Assembly: GCF_964355755.1 (NCBI RefSeq)
Contig: NC_092674.1
Coordinates: 31,000,001 to 31,064,000 of the forward strand
Source of the DNA: Antedon mediterranea
Taxonomy: Eukaryota; Animalia; Echinodermata
Direction of reading: 5' to 3'
DNA length: 64,000 bases
Part shown: positions 24,738 through 36,190 of the stretch, piece by piece
Layout: the number at the start of each line of letters is the position of its first letter
Numbering within the stretch: position 1 is the stretch's first letter
Translations under genes and position numbers: made by a program
Notes under the pieces: model-generated
Databases searched by the model: none
Told to the model about the DNA's origin: nothing
Seen by the model: the letters and a program-made list of their open reading frames with translations, nothing else

Positions 24738-26655
24738 CTAGCCTAATCTATATAAACTCATTGGTGTACTCAATGTTAGGAGTCCTTCCTCTAGCCTAAT
24801 CTATATAAGCTCATTGGTGTACTTAATGTTAGGAGTCCTTCCTCTAGCCTAATCTATATAAGCTCATTGGTGTACTCAATGTTAGGAGTCCTTCCTCTAG
24901 CCTAATCTATATAAGCTCATTGGTGTACTTAATGTTAGGAGTCCTTCCTCTAGCCTAATCTATATAAGCTCATTGGTGTACTTAATGTTAGGAGTCCTTC
25001 CTCTAGCCTAATCTATATAAGCTCATTGGTGTACTTAATGTTAGTACTGTAGTACTCCCTCTAGCCTAATCTATATAAGCTCATTGGTGTACTTAATGTT
25101 AGGAGTCCTTCCTCTAGCCTAATCTATATAAGCTCATTGGTGTACTTAATGTTAGTACTGTAGTCCTCCCTCTAGCCTAATCTATATAAGCTCATTGGTG
25201 TACTTAATGTTAGTACTGTAGTCCTCCCTCTAGCCTAATCTATATAAGCTCATTGGTGTACTTAATGTTAGTACTGTAGTCCTTCCTCTAGCCTAATCTA
25301 TATAAACTCATTGGTGTACTCAATGTTAGGAGTCCTTCCTCTAGCCTAATCTATATAAGCTCATTGGTGTACTTAATGTTAGGAGTCCTTCCTCTAGCCT
25401 AATCTATATAAGCTCATTGGTGTACTCAATGTTAGGAGTCCTTCCTCTAGCCTAATCTATATAAGCTCATTGGTGTACTCAATGTTAGGAGTCCTTCCTC
25501 TAGCCTAATCTATATAAGCTCATTGGTGTACTTAATGTTAGGAGTCCTTCCTCTAGCCTAATCTATATAAGCTCATTGGTGTACTTAATGTTAGGAGTCC
25601 TTCCTCTAGCCTAATCTATATAAGCTCATTGGTGTACTTAATGTTAGTACTGTAGTACTCCCTCTAGCCTAATCTATATAAGCTCATTGGTGTACTTAAT
25701 GTTAGGAGTCCTTCCTCTAGCCTAATCTATATAAGCTCATTGGTGTACTTAATGTTAGTACTGTAGTCCTCCCTCTAGCCTAATCTATATAAGCTCATTG
25801 GTGTACTTAATGTTAGTACTGTAGTCCTCCCTCTAGCCTAATCTATATAAGCTCATTGGTGTACTTAATGTTAGTACTGTAGTCCTCCCTCTAGCCTAAT
25901 CTATATAAGCTCATTGGTGTACTCAATGTTAGGAGTCCTTCTTCTAGCCTAATCTATATAAGCTCATTGGTGTACTTAATGTTAGTACTCTAGTCCTTCC
26001 TCTAGCCTAATCTATATAAGCTCATTGGTGTACTTAATGTTAGTACTGTAGTCCTCCCTCTAGCCTAATCTATATAAGCTCATTGGTGTACTTAATGTTA
26101 GTACTGTAGTCCTCCCTCTAGCCTAATCTATATAAGCTCATTGGTGTACTCAATGTTAGGAGTCCTTCCTCTAGCCTAATCTATATAAGCTCATTGGTGT
26201 ACTCAATGTTAGGAGTCCTTCCTCTAGCCTAATCTATATAAGCTCATTGGTGTACTTAATGTTAGTACTGTAGTCCTTCCTCTAGCCTAATCTATATAAG
26301 CTCATTGGTGTACTTAATGTTAGGAGTCCTTCCTCTAGCCTAATCTATATAAGCTCATTGGTGTACTTAATGTTAGTACTCTAGTCCTTCCTCTAGCCTA
26401 ATCTATATAAGCTCATTGGTGTACTTAATGTTAGTACTGTAGTCCTCCCTCTAGCCTAATCTCTATAAGCTCATTGGTGTACTTAATGTTAGTACTGTAG
26501 TCCTCCCTCTAGCCTAATCTATATAAGCTCATTGGTGTACTCAATGTTAGGAGTCCTTCCTCTAGCTTAATCTATATAAGCTCATTGGTGTACTTAATGT
26601 TAGTACTGTAGTCCTCCCTCTAGCCTAATCTATATAAGCTCATTGGTGTACTCAT
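24738..26655. repeat. 53/58-bp minisatellite, ~35 units with higher-order structure
   Basis: CTAGCCTAATCTATATAAGCTCATTGGTGTACTYAATGTTAG plus GAGTCCTTCCT (53) or TACTGTAGTCCTCCCT (58). Confidence 0.97.
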
Positions 26656-28069
26656 GTAGAATAGGTTGGGTGGAGAGACATAAACCTGTAGTGGCTTAAC
26701 ACCCAAGTTTACGCATCATTTACCCCGATACGCTTCAGCGAACAGTCTAGCGCAGATTATCCTATGAGTTGGCGCCAGGATGAAAAGTAATGAAATAGAA
26801 ACAAAATATGTAACCTATATGTTGTGTATTCTCAAAGACAAATACGAACATATGGATATGAAATTAAAGTGGTAAAATCCCTCCCCTATGACTTTTCTTT
26901 AAAATAAATATTATTTTTGAACATTACGAACATTCCCCGGATGCGTTATTGATAGAAAAATGTAAAATTCAATATGTTTGACTTGTATTGTTGTTTGTGA
27001 TTTAATCTGAAGTGATTCACATTTCCTATTATTTTTTTCCATCCTTCAGATTTGAAACATCTTGCTGTTAATGCAAATTTTAGTTATCTCTGTAAAACTT
27101 ATTTATATTAAGCAAAAAAAAGTTCAGAAACTTGTATCAAAAATTAACAATAGCTTAAACATTCACTATTGTCAAAAATTTTAAACTTTTATAGACTTTA
27201 AAATTCAAGGATTGTTTTATGTTTTATATTCAATGTTGAAATAAAGATACTGATATATATAAAAATGACAGATACAATAGTATAACCCCTCCCTTGTGAC
27301 ACCCTTTTACATGAAACATATGATGTGAAATATATGAATTAACACCTCGTAACTGCCATCACCTGTAAATTCGTTATAAATGTTGTTCATATTTTTGTTG
27401 TGTACAAATGTAAGGTGTGTATGCAATTGTGTATATATTATCACATAAATTTTTAAATAACGTTAAGATCAATATTTCAAATGTAATTTAAAGTGATACA
27501 GACAAATATCTTATGGTGAGTTTGCATTGTTTTTGACAACAAAATTAACAAGAAAGGTAAATAATTTAAACTTTAATTCAGAGAGTGATGTAACAGTGGC
27601 TTCAAGTTACTATGCATAACCTGCTTATTTTGTATTCTTTTGTTAAATACATTTTTAAATATTCTATTATTTTAACTTTAGAAATATCAGAAAAATAAAA
27701 AATTTAAATGTAATTCAAACAATGGGATTAAATTACACCAGTGTCGTGTGTTAGAATGGTATGGCTTGTAGTGTTGTTGATACTTAAATCTTTCACTGTG
27801 TTTTCACCGTACACTTTCAAGTCTCTGGAGTGTATAGAATCTCTTTACTAAAACATAACTTGTGGAACTTTAATGTTTTTAAATTGGATTCTGTTACCAG
27901 TTTTCACATTTGTTAATAATAGTAATAAGATTTTAGCACTTATTGCTGTATTGTACATGAGTATAAAGCTTAATTTACAAATATTGGCAACGGATCACAT
28001 TATGCAAATCACAAGTGTGAATTTTGTTTTCAAGAGTAATTTTAAAAATTCCAATCAAGTAGCACGTTG

Positions 28070-28275
28070 AGTGTATGACTGGCATACATCTGGCTCATGT
28101 GCACCTAGTATATCTTTTAAGAACCTAGTATATCTTTCAAGACGAGTAGGGTTACTCCGGTGTAGTAGTGTTCACACACCCACTGTCACACACAGGCAGA
28201 CCATCACGAGGGCCCTTGATTGTCAGCATATGCTGTTTGGGGTCACCCTCTATAAATAAGGTTGAATAAAAAAAA
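28070..28275 (+). mobile_element. 5'-truncated Deu/Nin-type SINE with A-rich tail
   Basis: AAGAACCTAGTATATCTTTCAAGACGAGTAGGGTTACTCCGGTGT core shared with the 50924 copy; ends AATAAAAAAAA. Confidence 0.7.
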
Positions 28276-29454
28276 CCAAAAAATTTAAAATGATTCTATA
28301 CCACACTATGACGATTTATTCAGTATATTTGTATTTTTACTTTAAATATATCTAACTGTAAGTTTATCATGTCAGATACCCTGCGTACGAAACTAGACAA
28401 AGAAATAATTTACGTGTACAATGGGGAGATGTGGTGACAATATCGAGTTACTTCAGTAGCGTTGTTCAGATCACATCTTTACAGATAAGTCATCTTATGA
28501 TGAGACATTGTGTTATTGTTTTGCACTATCTGTTCTCTTGGGGCTAGATTCTTCACAAGCGTTGTCTTCTCGCAATAAAAATAACCTGAGTTGAAATCGT
28601 AAAATGTAATGATTCCAATTACAGTAGTTCTCAACTTTCCACACTTGAAAATAATTCTGATGGCAATCACGTTTTTTTTTTCAAATTACCTCTAAGTACG
28701 GTAAGTTGTTTTTTTTTGGCGTACAATTGTGTTTGATTGATTTGAATAGTGCAGTTGTGGCCAAACCTTACTTTTACTTTTTAAACAATTGTTATAAAGC
28801 CAAATTGTCAATACTTGTCATGTGAGAGGCTATACTTGTCAATGAATCTGGGTTCCACATTAGGAACCTTTCAATTTCTAATGACCTACAATCTTTGTAT
28901 ATTGTGTCGTAGGTCATCACCTGGACATATAACTCTTCAAAACTGTGTCATTGAATCAAGCAATAATGGAGCTTAATATCCCAATACCCTCGCATGCCCA
29001 CAATGAACAAGATCTTAGGTCTTATCAAATCAAACGCTCCCTTGTCCAAATGACATAACCTGCTATTGGCGGCTTTTTCATTATTTTCATTAAATGCTTA
29101 TCTGCTTCGAATTATGCTGAATTAAGTACACATGTTCTTATAAACCATCAAGTCATTGCAATGATTACATTAGCAAAGCATATCATATTATATTTATTTC
29201 ATTATAATGCTATCATAACAAATGTATTCATAAATTTGATATCAATTCCTTATGAGTTTTATCAAAACAACCGCTTTGATGCATTTATGTTTATCAGGGG
29301 GAAAGAGGTAGAACTAACACTAATGTAGTATAACAAATTCTATAAATATTAATATGAAGGAAAAAGTATTGATGAATAATGATATATAATAAAATGAAAT
29401 ATAATGAATAAATATAAAAAGATTTTGCTATGAATGAGATTTACAACAAATTCA

Positions 29455-29635
29455 GAAAGCTGGCTGTTTTACTTTTATCGTTTTGATTACCTTTTTGCTT
29501 ATTTTATTTTGTATCTCCATTCATATCCAGCCACTGATACCCACAGCATTGTCATTTTGTATCTCCATTCATATCCAGCCACTGATACCCACAGCATTGT
29601 CATTTTTTTCAGTAATTAAATTTGCCTTTTGATTT
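29455..29635 (+). mobile_element. Penelope-like/retrozyme-like repeat family copy (truncated, internal 48-bp duplication)
   Basis: GTTTTACTTTTATCGTTTTGATT...GATACCCACAGCATTGTCATTTTTTTCAGTAAT..TTGCCTTT shared with 39400-39492 and 41393-41566. Confidence 0.6.
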
Positions 29636-30579
29636 ACAACAAATACCTTGATAGAACGATTTGTTTCAAATCACATATTTTTAACATTCTTAATAAAGTG
29701 TTTTTTTGCATAAATTTGCATAATATTTGTTTCCAATTACACAAATATTTGATTTATTGATAAAGCATTTGGATTTGATTGACAGTGATGTTTATGTGAT
29801 AATAACAGGTGCTGATACAGATACTGTGTTTCTTAATGACTTCTAACATGAATATTACAGTGTAGTCTGATGAACAGGTGCTAGCTCTTGTTGTTATATA
29901 ATACATAATGTATAGTTCAGTCAGTCAGTTCTTGTTATGCCATGTATGGCAAAATATTAAACAGATAACATGTATAGGTAGGCCTCACTGGTAGTCCCAT
30001 GTTGACTGTTCTAACAAACACGTCATGCAAAAAGACCACCAGACATTTGCAATGATCTGTAAAACTGTCATTAAAGTCGGTCCCATTGGTTAAAAAAATC
30101 AGGGTTTAATCAAATGTTTGAATTTCGAAGGTGCAATTCTGTTTTTGATTCTCTACCAGAATTTGCTTGAATGACTTTTTAATATAGTAAAGAACTATAG
30201 GTTAAATTTACTTAAGTCTTTACTATATTATGGTTGCGTGTCTATAACTTAAATGAAAACTAGAATCACCATGTTTTTCATTGTATGCTAACTTTTTGAT
30301 ATATTATGTGTTTTAGATTGTCTTATGATCAGGTCATTGGATCTAGTGATAATGTATGCTCATGGTCATAATAATCTTTTCTCAAACATTAATGTGTTAA
30401 GTTATTCATCATTTTTTACATTGTTAGTAATTTTTTCTTCACTTTCTACAATATTTGAGCCGTTTGAAATTGTATTGTAACGATTTTGATTTACAATTTG
30501 CAGTTCTATAGTATTTGATGAATATTATATAATTATTATACCATGTATATTGTTCACTATAATATACAGACCACTTTAA

Positions 30580-30735
30580 AGCTCTGTCTACACTAACCAG
30601 TTTGACAAAAAAAGTGTGATGTGCCCAATTATGGTAGTGATATGCTTAAATATGGTAGTGATATGACATCATCATGTCCAATATGGGCACATCACATATT
30701 GTTGTCACATAAAGTTTGATAGTGTAGACAGAGCT
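30580..30735. mobile_element. PIF/Harbinger-like MITE (copy 5)
   Basis: Family TIRs and internal repeats. Confidence 0.85.
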
Positions 30736-31370
30736 TTCAGAAAAATGTCTGTGTGTTAATTTGACATCCAAGCATGGATCATTGAGACCTATTGAAATAT
30801 ACTATTGCCAGAATTGTTACTCTGTTTGTTTGCAGAACCCCAGAGATTTTTTAAATTACCAAAATGTGAAAAACACTGATACATTTTAACATTCTTAAAG
30901 TGAAAGATTACCAGTTCATGATGATAGCTAAATATCTTGCTGAAAGATACGACAAACGACAACGAATGACAACAATGCACATAACCTACAAATTTCAACC
31001 CTATAGTTGTATGAACTCAGTATACTGTCAGTATAATGTATCCTATGTACTTTGTAATTCTTTTGAAGTATGTATTTTAAATTGACAGCCAATTGCTAGA
31101 ATGATCATAAATGGGAAACCAGTGAAATTGTTGACTACCTCCTTTTCTCTCTATTTTGATCTCCACTTCTTTTGCAATGCTGTTATTCATGATTATTGTT
31201 TAATGATGGGGTTGAGGCTGTAGATCTAACAGCCTTTCTTCTGTCGGGATTATGTTTTCAAGTACATAAATATTCATTAAATTACTTTTCCCAACAATTT
31301 TTTTAATGAGTAGATTTTCTGGATGTTTTAGAGGGAGTCAATCTGAATTTCCTTGTTGTAATGCTTAGAT

Positions 31371-31570
31371 TTGGACATGATTATGTCATATCACTTATAC
31401 TTTATTTGGGCATATCACTACCATATTTGGGCACATCACACATTTTTTGTCAAACTAGTTTGATAATGTAGACAGAGCTTAAGGGGTGGCAAACCACTAC
31501 CATATTTGGGCACATCACACCTTTACATACAATGTAATTCCATTTTGTTTTTGTGAAGACAGAGCTTAAG
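31371..31570. mobile_element. PIF/Harbinger-like MITE partial copy plus flanking fragment
   Basis: Right half of the MITE; the 3' flank is shared with the 32766 copy. Confidence 0.75.
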
Positions 31571-32169
31571 ACATTTTCATTGGTTATTCCGTTTACCTGC
31601 TGGATTTTTCTTTCTTTCTTTTTTTCTTCTTTATACCTAAGATTTTATAAAAATGTTTTTTACTGTTAAATAACTAATTTTCTTCGTGATTGACAGATTT
31701 AACTAAAATCACCAATATTGATTTCATGTATGTAGGTCTATTTTTGTGTATTCATCACTGGAAACAAGAATATGATTTATTAATGTAATGTACTCTAAAA
31801 TAAAATGATTGCAAGCAGTAGTGAGCTGTAGTACTTAGCATTGTATAAACCTCTTGGGATCCTTGGGGGATTGTTGATCCGTCATAAAGCACTAGGCCTG
31901 TCTTGCTGATCCCTCCTAATTGATTCATATGGGACGTACAAATTATGTTGGGTGATTAAATTTGTGTAATTGTAGCATCATGCTCTGTGTGTTGACAACT
32001 TGTTCTTTTTGAAAATCCTGTTTGAACGGAATGTAAAATAGACTAAAATGAATGTTTAAAAAAAGGAATAGAATTGAATAAATGGCATAATAGACATTTA
32101 GATATATAATTGATTGTTTTCAAGAAGCTATAGAGGCAGGTAAAGGGGATTCTTTGACAGGATTGGTGA

Positions 32170-32340
32170 TGTTTTTAAAGGACCCCATTGGAATTCAGTT
32201 GATTTTTCTTTCGACTTCATGGGCTATCCTTGGTTTCTAATTTAATGTATTTGCTTGTAAATTGTTTGTATTCACATTGTATTGTAATCTTACAACATCC
32301 CAAATGTGATGTAATTATTCAATAATAAAAATACTTGATC
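32170..32340 (+). mobile_element. Probable LINE 3'-UTR remnant
   Basis: GGACCCCATTGGAA...CATGGGCTATCCTTGG stem-loop then an A-rich AATAATAAAAA end; a related sequence lies inverted at 40263-40320. Confidence 0.35.
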
Positions 32341-32765
32341 ATTTGTTTTGTTTATATTTCTAGTACTGGATGTTCTAAATAAATATATACTTGGATGAAC
32401 AGGGGGTTTCTACTTTTACCAATCGTTTAAAGGTTACCACGGCGACTGGGTAATCTTACCTGAAGCATGATGGGATTTTAGTTAATGATGAAGTAAGTCT
32501 TTAACAATGAAATGATTGAGAATCCACCTGCAGCAGTCAAGTTTAATAATTATGTCAAGTTGATCCAAATTGGGTCAATGCTCTTTTCTTCTTCCCAAAA
32601 TACCTATTATATAAAATGAATAAAAATAGACATTTTAACACAGAAAACATGGTAGTTTAATCATGGAGATTTGGTATACAAAAACGTATAGATGTTAAAA
32701 GATTTTGAGTACACAAGCACTTCCTCTTCTTTAAAAAATAATTAAATCCATTTAATCAGACATAA

Positions 32766-33000
32766 CGCTCTTTCTATACACTATCAAACTTTATGTGACA
32801 ACAAAAATGTGATGTGCCCATATATGGACATAATGATGTTATATCACTACCATATTTGGGCATATCACCACTACGACATTTGGGTACATCACACTTTTTT
32901 GTCAATTTGATAATGTAGACAGAGCTTAAGGGGTGGCAAAGCACTACCATATTTGGGCACATCACACCTTTACATACAATGTAATTCCATTTTTTTTTTG
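32766..33000. mobile_element. PIF/Harbinger-like MITE plus duplicated flank
   Basis: Family TIRs; flank AAGGGGTGGCAAA.CACTACCATATTTGGGCACATCACACCTTTACATACAATGTAATTCCATTTT also at 31480-31548. Confidence 0.78.
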
Positions 33001-33654
33001 CAGAATTGTGTCGATAGTCCTACTTCTCATGCATGCAGTACAAGAAAAATTAAATTAAAAGTTTAAATTGTAATTTAAACCTATTAATGGTAAGAGATGA
33101 TTGACACTTTGTGACAGTATCAATAATGTTCAATATTTTAATGTCATTAGAAATAATCCTGTAAAAGTAGATGAAAAATGCTAATTAATTTTCAAGCTTG
33201 TACGCAACTTCATTGTAATCCCCGTCTGTATAACCATGTTACTACATCAATCTACTCGCGTATAAATTTCCAAAACTATATTTTATTCATGAGTACAAAA
33301 GTTCAAATTTATGAACCGATTTTTAAAATGCTGTGTATTCGGTAGTCTACATTTGTGGCGTTTACTGACATTTTGATGTGTTGATGAAGTGAGAGATAAA
33401 CCTTATGAATGATTCATGGACCAATTCATTATTTATGTTTTGTTCTGTTCTGTCGCGACCTTTTAAGATTAATGTTGAAGCAATGCCTATAGTGTTACTA
33501 CAAGTGCTTATGGTTCGAAATGTGGTTTGTCTAATCACCGAAGCATTTGTAAATGTCGACTAGTATGATATCATCAACCAGCTTCTGCCAAACCAACATA
33601 TGTAATTCATATTTCCAATACTGAAATTAACATCATGAAAATATATTATGAACA

Positions 33655-33773
33655 TTTTTTAGTCGTGTGCAACGCGACTTCTACACCTCACTATGTCGGT
33701 TGGTTGGTCAGTTGGTCGGTCGGACGGTCTCAAATTTGAGCAAGCGACTGCAGTCATGTATATGGCCTTGTTA
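33655..33773 (+). mobile_element. Helentron-associated (HINE/DINE-1-like) short element
   Basis: T-run then inverted repeat AGTCGTGTGCAACGCGACT, (GGTY)n microsatellite, subterminal GCGACT repeat and 3' hairpin-like GTCATGTATATGGCC followed by TTGTT. Confidence 0.55.
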
Positions 33774-33779
33774 AGAAAA

Positions 33780-33940
33780 AGCTCTGTCTACACTATCAAA
33801 CTAGTTTGACAAAAGAAGTGTGATGTGCCCAAATGTTGTAGTGATATGCCCAAATATGGTAGTGATTTGACATCATCATGTCGATATATGGGAACATCAC
33901 ATTTTGTAGTCGCATACAGTTTGATAGTGTAGACAGAGCT
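33780..33940. mobile_element. PIF/Harbinger-like MITE
   Basis: Intact TIRs AGCTCTGTCTACACTATCAAAC / GTTTGATAGTGTAGACAGAGCT. Confidence 0.85.
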
Positions 33941-34657
33941 TTATATGAAATATAAAATAGGCCTACTTAGCTAATTTAGATTCTATTCATTAAATCATGA
34001 TCTTGTCATGTTTTCATAATCATATTGTAATTATTACACATGGTGGACCACATTATACCTGACTACTTTAATTCTGCTTATGCACCATATGCAAACCTCT
34101 AAACAATATTATACTATCATTATGATCACAATCTCTTCATTGATTCACATGTTATAATATTTGAAAATTAATTAAGTTTAACATAATCATATTCATAAAA
34201 TCCAAAAGATAATATTCAATCACTTTTACAATCACAATATTATATGATCACAATATCTTCATTCGCCAGTTATAATATTTGAAAATTAATTAACTTTAGC
34301 ATAATCATATTCATAAATCTCAAATTTAATATTCAATCACTTTTTTTGTCTTCCGCTGTTGCCTAGTAACCTGCACTGTCATCCATAAACCTACTTCTTC
34401 AATTAGTATTACCACATACAGGCTAGTAATTGATCATAATATGATATTATACAATAAACAATAGTTTGACAGTTGGGATAATGAACTGGATAGTAGCATC
34501 AACTCAATCATCATAATCTTTCATTGACTATCTTTGGTCATGTGACATTCAGAACATGATCTTGTTTGTTGTTTTGTTATTGAAAAGATTATTACTGGGT
34601 TACCTGTAGCTGTGCACTGACACTAACTGAAATATAAGATGAAAAAAACAACAGATA

Positions 34658-34833
34658 CAGTCTACTCTCCTAATACCGGACACCTTTAATATGTCTGGGT
34701 TTCTGGAAAGTCTGGTATTCGGAATGTGTTTTTAATGGTAATAATGAATTTAGGACCTTTTGGAACTCAAGAAAAGTCTGGTTTTAGGAGAGTTTCCGGT
34801 TTTCAAAAAGTCTGGTATTGAGAGAATTTACTG
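34658..34833. mobile_element. pogo/Tc1-mariner-like MITE
   Basis: TA|CAGTCTACTCTCCTAATACCGGA ... TCTGGTATTGAGAGAATTTACTG|TA imperfect TIRs with TA flanks. Confidence 0.65.
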
Positions 34834-35189
34834 TATACTATAAGCTTCTGTACATGCGGCTCCCCACTTTTTCTGGCTTAAATGAAATTAAGCCTACCTA
34901 TTTTTAGCAGACTATGTCAGCGCTCTCTTGTTTAAAAAGTCCTGTATCTTCCTCTGTTTACTTCACCAGTACTTTAATAACTTAAGTTATGAAAGTGCAC
35001 TCTTATATTGAAATGTGGAAAATTGTTATATTCTAGAAAATCTAGACTATTATCTATATTATCACTACTTGAATGTGTATAGTTGGTTGACCTAAATATA
35101 ACTATGATGTACAAATAAGAAATTAAATTGTACATCAAAATATAATATAACTTTAATAATATTTCATAAATCTATTTTATTTTTCTTAG

Positions 35190-35286
35190 CAGCCAGTTAT
35201 GATATCGAAGATCAGTCGTTAGCCATCAAAGCACTCGTTATCATTGTAGGATTGTGATGCCAAACTGCCTCAAGTAACGTCCAGAG
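35190..35286 (+). other. Orphan, probably non-coding exon (97 nt)
   Basis: T-tract TAG(CAG) acceptor and GAG|GTAAGT donor; stops in all three frames. Confidence 0.4.
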
Positions 35287-35779
35287 GTAAGTTTACAGCA
35301 TCATTTTGCCATCTCGGTCATATGTCAATTCATTTAATTCTCAAACAGAAACAAAATTGACAGTCATGTATAAGTTATCATAGAATTTATCTACATTTTT
35401 ATTAATTTGATGTTTTATTTGCTCTTTTCGAAGCAAAGCCATTACACAAGACTCGTAGTTATCGTGTTCAGAATGTTATTGCCGATAAAAACGATGTTAA
35501 ATTTTTCAACGACCTCTGATGAAATTGACGTTTTATGTCATTTAAATATCTTTAGAGTATTTTACTTTGTTTCTTGATAAATTCAAATAATTTATTAAGG
35601 GTTGTGGCTTACATAACTAATATATAACAGCACACTTTAAAATTTATGTAGCAAGTTAGAATATTCCTTTATCCTTTTTTAAATGAAATTTGAAGATGTT
35701 ACCATTTTAAAACAGTAAAATTGTTTACTTAATTTACTCTTTCAATTTTACAAGTTATTCTAACTATATTATTATTATT

Positions 35780-36190
35780 GTTTACTTTCTGCCAATCAGA
35801 GACATTCTTTCATATCATTCATGTTTACTTTCTGCCAATCAGAGACATTCTTTCATATCATTCATGTTTACTTTCTGCCAATCAGAAACATTGTTTCACA
35901 TCATTCATGTTTACTTTCTGCTAATCAGAGACATTCTTTCATATCATTCATGTTTACTTTCTGCCAATCAGAAACATTGTTTCACATCATTCATGTTTAC
36001 TTTCTGCCAATCAGAAACATTGTTTCATATCATTCATGTTTACTTTCTGCCAATCAGAGACATTGTTTCATATCATTCATGTTTACTTTCTGCCAATCAG
36101 AGACTGTTTCATATTATTCATGTTTACTTTCTGCCAATCAGAGACATTGTTTCATATCATTCAGTTTACATTCTGCCAATCAAGAACATT
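35780..36190. repeat. 43-bp minisatellite, ~9-10 units, nearly all with a CCAAT box
   Basis: GTTTACTTTCTGCCAATCAGARACATTSTTTCAYATCATTCAT. Confidence 0.95.

Noticed and set aside
13570-29890. Other CTGATGA occurrences (13573, 19610, 29867) as hammerheads or C/D boxes
   Set aside because: No stem II followed by GAAA and no terminal stem, so no ribozyme or snoRNA architecture.
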